Part shown: piece after piece, positions 1-8,010 of the stretch | Layout: each line of letters opens with the position of its first letter | Position numbering within the stretch: the stretch's first letter is position 1 | NCBI GenBank assembly: GCA_965226795.1 | Contig: CBDDDZ010000005.1 | Location: 736,001-800,000 of the forward strand | DNA: 64,000 bases | Source: Candidatus Latescibacterota bacterium | Lineage (GTDB): Bacteria; Latescibacterota; UBA2968; GCA-2709665 | Direction of reading: 5' to 3' | Position numbers and translations under genes: made by a program | Notes under the pieces: model-generated | The model's database searches: none | Told to the model about the DNA's origin: nothing | The model's input: the letters and a program-made list of their open reading frames with translations, nothing else

Positions 1-186
1 GAATGAGTAGCCCATGCTCTGATGGTCGATGGACTCGGGACGGATGTAACGCCGCCAGATTTCGGAACCCCGGCTGATCAGGCTGCATTCTGCCCGGATC
101 AGAACCTGGGTGGGCGCGATCTCGGGTATGGGTACGTCTTCGATTACGATATTGTATTCGCCTTCCGGCTTTGCAACGCGTTTCAT
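1..186 (-). CDS. Zn-binding/MDR alcohol dehydrogenase-like protein, N-terminal part (runs off window)
   Basis: Manual translation MKRVAKPEGEYNIVIEDVPIPEIAPTQVLIRAECSLISRGSE resembles the GroES-like N-terminus of MDR dehydrogenases; co-oriented with the upstream operon. Confidence 0.6.
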   Translation of the reverse strand, partial: MKRVAKPEGEYNIVIEDVPIPEIAPTQVLIRAECSLISRGSEIWRRYIRPESIDHQSMGYSF

Positions 187-298
187 GATGGAGTTCCTGA
201 ATTTGAAACATCGAACAGGGTGGACGAAAACGTCTTGATGAACGAGGGAGCGAAATGCTCGACGGAGCGACTCCGGTCGTGCGCTTCGGAGTTGTCGG

Positions 299-1036
299 TT
301 ATGCCACCGGCGTGAGATCCTGGATGTCGCATCGAAAAACCCACGTGCCCTCTCTTACGTAGTGTATGGCGAACGCCAGGCGGGGCCTGCCGATGGACCG
401 GTTTGCGTACGAGCCGTGGATGGTTCCGCCGGTAAAGTAGACCCCCGACCCACGCGGTACCGTAAGAAAGGTGAGTTCGTCCGGGCGCGCGCCGGTGACT
501 TCGTGGGAGTGCATGGTTTCGGACCACTCTTTTCCGTCGGGTCCGCGCATGGCATAATCTTTCACCCACGAGGCGTGTTCACCGCTGTCTTCGGGGGGGC
601 GGGTTTTCCGGAGCGGGGCCAGGTGGCTGCCGGCGGCGACGCAGAGACCGCCGTTGTTTCTGTCGGTGTCGCTCAGTGCGAGCCAGCAGGCCATGAGGGT
701 ACCGGGTTCGTTCCGGATATAGTGGGCGTCCTGGTGCAGCGCGATGCCGGTGCCGCCTCTCGGCGCTTTCGCCATGTACATGGTTTGAACGATCATTGGC
801 GGCCCACCCAGCAGTTGGGTCGCGATGCCCGTAACGCGAGGGTGCGACGCCAGATAGCGCCACTGCGGGTCCGCAGTGTGTCTGCGCAGGCCGAGTTCCA
901 GGATTTTCGGAGGCTTCGGCTCTGCCTCCTCTTCCAGGAAGGTGTCGATTTCACGCCCGGTCAACTGGTTCGGAACCTGGATGAATCCGTTTGTTCGATA
1001 CGCTGCCATCTGTCCGGGTGTCAGTGCGAGTTCCAT
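299..1036 (-). CDS. Phytanoyl-CoA dioxygenase (PhyH) family Fe(II)/2OG oxygenase
   Basis: YRTNGFI start, LHQD and IHGS facial-triad motifs, NGGLCVAAGSH; start taken at MELALTPGQ. Confidence 0.85.
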   Translation of the reverse strand: MELALTPGQMAAYRTNGFIQVPNQLTGREIDTFLEEEAEPKPPKILELGLRRHTADPQWRYLASHPRVTGIATQLLGGPPMIVQTMYMAKAPRGGTGIALHQDAHYIRNEPGTLMACWLALSDTDRNNGGLCVAAGSHLAPLRKTRPPEDSGEHASWVKDYAMRGPDGKEWSETMHSHEVTGARPDELTFLTVPRGSGVYFTGGTIHGSYANRSIGRPRLAFAIHYVREGTWVFRCDIQDLTPVA

Positions 1037-1049
1037 CTCGGCTTCCGCT

Positions 1050-2000
1050 TCAAGCGAGGTCGTATGGATTGGACCAGGCCTTGGTGCCGTCCGTTCCGAT
1101 GACTTCGAAACGTGCCCAGCGCGCGCCGGGACGCAGCTTGAAGGTGGCACTTGTAAATGGATTCCCGGATTCTCTGTATTCGGTACCGAAGGTATCGCAA
1201 ATGGCAAGGATACACCGGGATTCGGAACATTCCACAGTGGCCTCCACGGCCCCCGGCTCACCCATGGTCTTGCGCAGGCTGATGCTGCGAATTCTCGCGC
1301 CCGTGCTCGAATAGCTCGCACCCTTTGCGAGCGCTTCGACAATGTCCCGCGGGGAGCGGTCTTTCACGCACGCCATCGTCCAGCCCCCGTAGGTATCGCG
1401 ATTGTCGGATTCGAGGGCGTGGGAATCGTCGTTGGCCAGTGCGGGATACAGCCTGCTTTCCAGGTCCATCCAATCGTCCCAGTGAACGCCGGATTCGCCC
1501 CGTCCTGCGCATCGGCAGGTCGTGTTGAACACCTCCACGCCGGCCAGTCCCGTCAGGGGCAGGGTGTCGCGGAGTATGTTGACCGAGCTCCAGTAAGGGT
1601 GGGCCAGCCACGTGCTGCCGCCCTGGTCCTGCACGGCGTCGATAACGTGCTGGGGGGGCATGTTCTCCGAGTCCAAATCTTCGTGGATGTTCAGACAGAG
1701 AAAATGGTGTTTCTGACCTCCGAACGGGTTGTCCGGATGCAGTTCTGCGCCCTGAATGAGTACAAAATCCTCAGGACAGTCCACGGAATCGATCCGGGTG
1801 ATTCTGCGATGGTCCGAAAGGCAGAGATAGTCGTATCCCTGGTTGACATAACCATCCAGGCGCTCCTGGGGCGACGCCCTGCCGTCGGAGTTCGTCGTGT
1901 GGGAGTGTAGGTTGCCCTTCAGCCAGAAATATCCGTCTTCGGCCTTAAGGCTGAAGGGATCGACAAGGTTGTGACGCGGCGGGTATTGAGCCATGGACAT
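1050..2000 (-). CDS. PHP-domain (CehA/McbA-like) metallohydrolase
   Basis: KGNLHSHTTNSDG, LSDH, AHPYWS, NDDSH and AWSNP motifs. Confidence 0.85.
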   Translation of the reverse strand: MSMAQYPPRHNLVDPFSLKAEDGYFWLKGNLHSHTTNSDGRASPQERLDGYVNQGYDYLCLSDHRRITRIDSVDCPEDFVLIQGAELHPDNPFGGQKHHFLCLNIHEDLDSENMPPQHVIDAVQDQGGSTWLAHPYWSSVNILRDTLPLTGLAGVEVFNTTCRCAGRGESGVHWDDWMDLESRLYPALANDDSHALESDNRDTYGGWTMACVKDRSPRDIVEALAKGASYSSTGARIRSISLRKTMGEPGAVEATVECSESRCILAICDTFGTEYRESGNPFTSATFKLRPGARWARFEVIGTDGTKAWSNPYDLA

Positions 2001-2072
2001 GCTCCGGTAGCAAACCGGATCGCGTCAATCAGGACCGGATCCGGGTATTGATTTGAGGGCGTGCGCACCGGG

Positions 2073-3245
2073 TCACCTTCGGCCGACAATTGACGGCAGA
2101 TTGGTTACCGGACATGCCCTGGCCCCCTTGACGTCGTATCCCATGTCTTTGAGGATACAACTGATCTGCGCTTCCAGCTTGAGCAGATAATCCTTCTCCT
2201 CGGCGCTCATGGCCTGGCGTGGCGGACCGACGTCGAAACCCCGCACCGCCACGCCCGTTTTAAAGCCTTCCGGGAAGTTCACTCCCAGCAGCATGAGGTT
2301 GATAAGGTCCAGTACGCGATATTGCATGTCGCGCGCGTTTTCGATTTCGCCGGCCAGGGTTTTTTCGTAGATGTCCACAATGACTTCGGGAATGATGCCG
2401 GATGTCGCGATCGTGCCTCCGCTCGCGCCCATCATGATTGAGGGACAGAGGATTTCTTCGCAGCCGACCAGGACCACGTACTCGGGGCGCTGCGCGCGCA
2501 GCCGGTGCATGGTGTTGATCAGGCGCGGCATGTCCCGGCTGGAGTCTTTGGTACCCATAATGCGTTCGAACGGCAGCAACCGTTCCATGATGTCCAATGT
2601 GAGTTCCTGCGTGAACTGGGGGATATTGTACACGAGAACGTCTAGAGGTGTCTGTCTGGCGATTTCGGCGAAGTATTCGAAAAGACTGGTATCGGATATC
2701 TTGTAATAGTAGGGGGGTACAAGCGATATGGCGTCGACGTCAATGCTGGCGTAGTATTCGCCCATCTTGAGCACGTCGCGGAGGTTTGCCTCGCTGGCGC
2801 CGGCCAGAACCGGCACCCGCCCCTGGTTGACGTTCGTGACAACCCGCACCACCTCTTTGCGTTCGTCGCTGGACAGGCGCACGAATTCGCCCGTGCTGCC
2901 ATTCGGATACAACCCGTGGATGCCGGCCTCGATGAGCCAGTTAACGTAGCGCTCCATCTCTCCGTAGTTGATGCGGTCGTTGCCGTCGAAGATGACGATG
3001 TTGGGGCAGAAGATGCCCTTGAATTCCCTTCTTGCACCTGCGTTTCGATGGCGGAACGGCACCGAGGTCCGCAGACCGGCGGGTGCGGCCTCGTTCCTCG
3101 TCACCTCCACGCGGTTGGCCGCCAGGTAATCCAGCGCCAACGGAGTCAGCTTTGCCCGCGGGCAGATTTCGACCTCGCGCTGCGTGCCCAGTTTATCCTT
3201 GAGCAGCTGTTCGGTAACGACCGGATCGTCAATGCGGATCATCAA
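2073..3245 (-). CDS. Dihydrodipicolinate synthase (DapA/NAL) family aldolase with N- and C-terminal extensions
   Basis: GSTGE, PPYYY, YNIPQF and GTKDSS (Schiff-base Lys); about 70 extra N-terminal residues. Confidence 0.88.
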   Translation of the reverse strand: MMIRIDDPVVTEQLLKDKLGTQREVEICPRAKLTPLALDYLAANRVEVTRNEAAPAGLRTSVPFRHRNAGARREFKGIFCPNIVIFDGNDRINYGEMERYVNWLIEAGIHGLYPNGSTGEFVRLSSDERKEVVRVVTNVNQGRVPVLAGASEANLRDVLKMGEYYASIDVDAISLVPPYYYKISDTSLFEYFAEIARQTPLDVLVYNIPQFTQELTLDIMERLLPFERIMGTKDSSRDMPRLINTMHRLRAQRPEYVVLVGCEEILCPSIMMGASGGTIATSGIIPEVIVDIYEKTLAGEIENARDMQYRVLDLINLMLLGVNFPEGFKTGVAVRGFDVGPPRQAMSAEEKDYLLKLEAQISCILKDMGYDVKGARACPVTNLPSIVGRR

Positions 3246-3281
3246 TATCCTCGGGAATGGGACAGGGCGTTCAGCACGTGA

Positions 3282-4442
3282 TCAGTGAATCAGCCGCTCT
3301 TCCAGTGCCGGAATGGGGTTGGGTATGAGATGGGCGGATACCAGCTCCCCATATTTCTCTGCTTCCATCGCGCCGACTCTCAGCGCCGTGCCAACCGCGC
3401 CGACGTCTCCCCGGATTACGCTGGCCGTGAGAAAGTACCCCACCTTGTACCGTCCCTCGTATTCCACGTCGGCGGATTTCAACATCTGATCCATGGCTTT
3501 GACCAGGGCCACGGTGCTGCGGGTTTCGATCAGGCCCATCGCCAGGTTTCCGCTCGCGGGTCTCCCGGTGTCGCTGCCGCCAAAACAGGCCAGGATTTCG
3601 GAAGATGGACGGGAAACAACGCACGACGCATTCAGTTCCCCGGCTTCCTGAGCGCCGTCGACGCCGGCCTGGACGGCTGCCTGGACCGCGTCAAGGGTAC
3701 CCTTCACCAGCGCGTCTACCCGTCCTCCTCCGGCAATGGCGAGGCGCACGAGGCCAACGTCAGCCGCTTTGACCATCGCGTCGCAGCCGCCGACCGCACA
3801 CGCATAGCCGGTCGTCTCAAGAACACCCAGCGCGCCGACGTCGATCTCCGGCCCGTTCGATATCGGTGTATAGGGAAGCAGTGGCGCGATGCCCTCTTCG
3901 GGGCTCGGAATGTCCAGGGCGGCGTAGACCTCTCCGACCTCACCCGCGCACGCTTTACCGGCCTGGACGGCGGTCCGGACCGACGATATATCGCCCCTTA
4001 CCATAAGATGAACCAGTGCGCCGCCGATGGATGCCCAGCCGGCGACGTGGACGGGCGCGCTTTTGATCATGGCGTCCGCGCCCCGGATGAGGGGCGCCAT
4101 GCCGCGGGTTTCGAGGATACCCACCGCCAGGGGTCCGACCGGCCTCGCCGCGGTTGCACCCGTCCTGTGGGGCATGGATTCCAGGGCACGCGCGTCGGGA
4201 CCCGGGATGACGTTGGCAGTGATCAGGTCGCCGTGATTCGCGGCCTCGGTTCTGCCTATTCCGACGGCGGCTTCGACGTCCGAAACGGACCCTTCAATGA
4301 CAACGGTCACCCAACCGGAACCCACGCCGTGTCGTCCAAGAACCCTGACGTCAACGGTCTTCAGCATGGCGTCGAGGGCCGCAATGAGCGCGGTCATGCC
4401 GCGGGTTTCCAGAATCCCCAGGGCATGATTTCGTGCGTTCAC
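3282..4442 (-). CDS. Microcompartment shell protein with four tandem BMC (Pfam00936-type) domains
   Basis: Four repeats of ALG(I/V/L)xET-G...DxMxK...GDV..V..AV..G, starting ALGILETRG, AVGILETRG, ALGVLETTG and AMGLIETRS. Confidence 0.92.
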   Translation of the reverse strand: MNARNHALGILETRGMTALIAALDAMLKTVDVRVLGRHGVGSGWVTVVIEGSVSDVEAAVGIGRTEAANHGDLITANVIPGPDARALESMPHRTGATAARPVGPLAVGILETRGMAPLIRGADAMIKSAPVHVAGWASIGGALVHLMVRGDISSVRTAVQAGKACAGEVGEVYAALDIPSPEEGIAPLLPYTPISNGPEIDVGALGVLETTGYACAVGGCDAMVKAADVGLVRLAIAGGGRVDALVKGTLDAVQAAVQAGVDGAQEAGELNASCVVSRPSSEILACFGGSDTGRPASGNLAMGLIETRSTVALVKAMDQMLKSADVEYEGRYKVGYFLTASVIRGDVGAVGTALRVGAMEAEKYGELVSAHLIPNPIPALEERLIH

Positions 4443-4451
4443 GGCAGCCCC

Positions 4452-5009
4452 TCAGGGGCCGAATGCCCGGAGGACTTCGGGCAAGGGTTGGGGAATCAGC
4501 GCGTCACAGAGGAAATTTTCCCCGGCTTCAACGCTCGCGCGTCCCACGGGCAGTGCTTCGCCCACGGAGGCTACATCGCCCAGAATAAGGGAGCAGACCA
4601 CCCGGTTGTGAACGGTGAGCACGTTATAGATCCGGACGTCGGCCGCTTTGACCATGTGGTCGTTGGCGGTGATGTGGGCGCCATATCCCCTGGTCTCGAT
4701 CAGACCCAGTGCACCGGACGCTGTCCGCCGTCCATGCGCTCCTGCATTAGAGACGTATTCCCGACAGATGGGTTCGGGTTGTGTCATTGGCGCCACCACC
4801 ACGTGGCTCACGACCTCTCTGGCCGCTTTTTCACCGCTCTTTAGCGCCGTATCGACCCTGCTTATGGATCCGCCCAGGAAAACGGTGGTGAATCCGCCGA
4901 TGGATTCCCAACCCAGGAGATCCACGCCGGCGGCTTTACAGGCGGCATCCGCCGCAAGAATAATGCCGGCGACGCCTTCGACTTCGATCATGCCGATTGC
5001 GGCTGACAT
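4452..5009 (-). CDS. Microcompartment shell protein with two tandem BMC domains
   Basis: AIGMIEVEG...ADAACKAAGV and ALGLIETRG...DHMVKAADV repeats. Confidence 0.92.
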   Translation of the reverse strand: MSAAIGMIEVEGVAGIILAADAACKAAGVDLLGWESIGGFTTVFLGGSISRVDTALKSGEKAAREVVSHVVVAPMTQPEPICREYVSNAGAHGRRTASGALGLIETRGYGAHITANDHMVKAADVRIYNVLTVHNRVVCSLILGDVASVGEALPVGRASVEAGENFLCDALIPQPLPEVLRAFGP

Positions 5010-5130
5010 GCTTCCGTCCAGGTGTCGTTATATCGAACGGTTAGGATCGAATATTACAAGGAGCGGCCAAAGCCAGACTTTTCCCCTGCTACCCGAGGGG
5101 CGGACGTAGACTATAGGGTGCTCCCGGAAA

Positions 5131-5173
5131 TTATCCAATCGGACAAAATAGATGCCGGTCGAACCAAAGTCAA
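5131..5173 (-). promoter_or_regulatory. Candidate sigma-70 promoter of the BMC operon with an adjacent operator-like inverted repeat
   Basis: Minus strand TTGACT-N17-TATTTT (5173-5145), followed by the imperfect palindrome TTGTCC-GATT-GGATAA (5146-5131). Confidence 0.5.
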
Positions 5174-5462
5174 GGGCTATCGACCGAACGGGCCGGGGGT
5201 ACGACCTGAGAAGGGCGCACCACAAACGCTCCGGGCCGAGACCTCTGCGTTCATGCTCGAAATGCGTCGGAATCCCCCTCAAAAGCCGTCTGACAAATGC
5301 GGCGTGACGGGTGGCCTCATCCCGGTCGGGAGCATGGCAGTTCGTTCTGCCGGAATGCCTGGCGTGAGGAAATCGGAAGGCGGACGAAACGCGATTCGCC
5401 GGAGACGTCTGAAAGACCGGCGTGCCGGCAAACGACACTTCTTGTTTTCGCGACGCAGGGGC

Positions 5463-7883
5463 TCAGAACAACAGTACCGAAACGGCTTTCTGGATCATGG
5501 CAATGGAGACGGAGGCCATACCCACGAGGGACATTCCCACCGAAAATCCGACGTAGAGCACCGCGGCATAAAGGCGCCACTGCTGTCTGCCGAATCGCTT
5601 CCAGAAATAGTACCGCGCCAGGAGTGCACCGATGATCTCGGTGATGAGGAGGTGCGGAATGCTGGTCAGGCTCCGTATGTACCCGAAAATGAGCAGTATG
5701 GGCAGGCCGAAGACGGACAGAGCCACGAACGAGATCAGGCCGACGCCGAGTCCGATGAAGATAACCTTTTTCTTGAGGGCCTCGTACAGGATCGGCACGT
5801 CGTCCGAACTCTGAAGGTAAGAACCGTCGAAGGACGGTACCTGGTCCACTTCGAACTGGTATACCAATTCCCGATCCTGCGGGTCCCGGGCTTCGAGAAC
5901 GACCATGTTGGGATTGGGGTTGTCCGCGTGGCTTTCGTCTGAAGGACTTCGCAACACGGGCGCCGAAGGCAGCCCTTGCCGCAGAGCATCGGAAATGTCC
6001 GGTTCCGCCCGGTCCACCGGGAGCGGAGGCGTGAGAGGCCGGGTGGCGTCCTCGAAGTTCGTATAAAAGTACCCCACGCGGGACCAGGGCCCGTAGGCGC
6101 GTTGTTCGTGATCTTCGATGTCAACGTCGGCCGAGGTGCGTGCCCGCCAGTACCACCAGTTGCCGTCGGGCAGATTGCTGGGCTGGAAGGACACGGTTCC
6201 GGATGACGTGTCGGTCTCCACCTCGCCCTGCATGGTGGCGGTGTACCAGACACTGCTCTGCAGCGCCCGAAGCGGCCACATCAGCTGGACGTAGGGGTAG
6301 GAGGCCGAGGGAATAGGCGCCAGCTTCCAGATGTAGGACCAGTACATGAAACTGGTGAACAGCACGAGAGGCACCATGAAATATTCTGCTTTCAGGATCC
6401 CGGTGAATTTCGTTCCCGTGAGTTCGATCTGGCGGAACCGTTCCGCCTCGGCTCCCCAGTTGTGGAGGGGGAACGGCACAAACCAGATCTCGATGCCTTT
6501 AAAGCCGCTCAGGAAGATGGTGGCTTCCCTGATATACGGGATATTGACATTCTGTCCGACCAGGCCGTCCAGACGGGCGTTGACGAAGGAGATCAGCGGG
6601 GTGTAGACAAACGCGAAGATGAAAAAGAAGGCGAGAAGAACCTTTCCAACCAGGTCGGGAAAGAGAATCTTGGCCAGGATGATGGTGTACAGGCTGGCAA
6701 TACAGAAAAGGACGATGCAGATCCAGATACGGAAATCGCCCCGTCCGGGCGGCGGCGTCCAGCTTCCCTTTTCCTTCTTTTCCAGCCGGGCGGTCCGAAC
6801 CCCTGTCCAGACCTGGTAGAATCCGATAATTGCGATGGAGACGGTGATGCCGATGCCGAAGCTCATCCAGAAATCGATGCCCGTAACGAAGTGGGTCATG
6901 ATGGTATCCATTCCCATGAACCAGTGGGGCATGTATCCGTGCTGGTACAGGATGGGGCTGGCCACGGTGTGGATGACGACGCCGATGAATGCGCCCATGA
7001 CGGCCCAGAATGGCGCCAGAAGGCCGGCGAAGATGGGCGCCAGGTGGAGCGTGAATCCCAGCGGCGTGGCCTCCAGGAAATACCCCGTATACTGGGTGAA
7101 ATCCACCCATGGGATGGGGATGAGTTGAAGCGGGTTTTCCATGAACGCGCCGGTAATGGCGGGCACGGCCACGTAAATGGCCCCCCACACCACGCCGATC
7201 ACGGCGCCGATGCTGAAGACGCGCCAGCGCCATCCGTATTGGCCACTGCTTTCTTCCGCAAGCGCCATGGCGCCCTGTGCGTTGATGGGCGCGAACGGGA
7301 AAGGCAGGCGTTCGTAGTCCGAGGTGATGCGGAAGAGCACGTAACTGGCGGTGAACCACTGGATGCGTGCCATGATCATTCCCAGGACGAGCAGGGAGAT
7401 GGGCAGGAGCCAGTCCGCGTGCAGAAAGGTGCGGTCGATCAGGGCGGGAGAGTCGGGCGGGGGCGCCCACCAGCGGGGGATGAGGTGCGAGATGCCGAAC
7501 TGTTTGGCGGCGGGTGACTGAACGTAGTACTGGTGCCAGAGCAGGCCCTCGAATGCGCCGGTTTCTCGGGCAACCAGGGCGCTGGTGACATAAAAGAGAA
7601 GGTAAAGCTCCTGCTTTTTCAGCACGGTGAACGAGCGCTTGGCCAGTTCCAGAAACAGAATGATCGTTACCCACTGGGCAGCCGAGCCAACGGACTGACC
7701 CACCATCAGTTCCAGATAGATGTTGCCCGGAACCATAATTATGGAGACGAAGAGCGCGCCGAGAATGGTCTTGGAGTTGAAGCCCTCTTCGAATTCCTTG
7801 GGGACTTCAAGGAGATCCCGGTATTCTTCGATTTCCTGGAACGGATTGGTTTTGCGCTTGCGAAAGAGGTTCGATAACGCCAT
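5463..7883 (-). CDS. OPT-like oligopeptide transporter family membrane protein with an inserted soluble domain
   Basis: Many TM segments, ERLPFPFAP motif, hydrophilic insertion of about 150 aa near the C-terminus. Confidence 0.7.
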   Translation of the reverse strand: MALSNLFRKRKTNPFQEIEEYRDLLEVPKEFEEGFNSKTILGALFVSIIMVPGNIYLELMVGQSVGSAAQWVTIILFLELAKRSFTVLKKQELYLLFYVTSALVARETGAFEGLLWHQYYVQSPAAKQFGISHLIPRWWAPPPDSPALIDRTFLHADWLLPISLLVLGMIMARIQWFTASYVLFRITSDYERLPFPFAPINAQGAMALAEESSGQYGWRWRVFSIGAVIGVVWGAIYVAVPAITGAFMENPLQLIPIPWVDFTQYTGYFLEATPLGFTLHLAPIFAGLLAPFWAVMGAFIGVVIHTVASPILYQHGYMPHWFMGMDTIMTHFVTGIDFWMSFGIGITVSIAIIGFYQVWTGVRTARLEKKEKGSWTPPPGRGDFRIWICIVLFCIASLYTIILAKILFPDLVGKVLLAFFFIFAFVYTPLISFVNARLDGLVGQNVNIPYIREATIFLSGFKGIEIWFVPFPLHNWGAEAERFRQIELTGTKFTGILKAEYFMVPLVLFTSFMYWSYIWKLAPIPSASYPYVQLMWPLRALQSSVWYTATMQGEVETDTSSGTVSFQPSNLPDGNWWYWRARTSADVDIEDHEQRAYGPWSRVGYFYTNFEDATRPLTPPLPVDRAEPDISDALRQGLPSAPVLRSPSDESHADNPNPNMVVLEARDPQDRELVYQFEVDQVPSFDGSYLQSSDDVPILYEALKKKVIFIGLGVGLISFVALSVFGLPILLIFGYIRSLTSIPHLLITEIIGALLARYYFWKRFGRQQWRLYAAVLYVGFSVGMSLVGMASVSIAMIQKAVSVLLF

Positions 7884-8010
7884 GGAATTCTATCGAGATG
7901 TGAGGGTTAGCGGGCTGGGAAAAATACAAATAAAGAGGGAATTTGCAAAGACAATTTCCGGATTGCGATATCTATATCCCAAACGCGTCCTGTCTATGCC
8001 GCATCTTTTT

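Noticed and set aside
3285..4844. 519-aa plus-strand ORF and many other long antisense ORFs
   Set aside because: Shadow frames of GC-rich genes on the opposite strand; no recognisable motifs
5022..5942. ORFs of 136 and 306 aa across the gap upstream of the BMC genes
   Set aside because: Arg/Pro-rich non-protein-like composition; the region contains a plausible promoter instead
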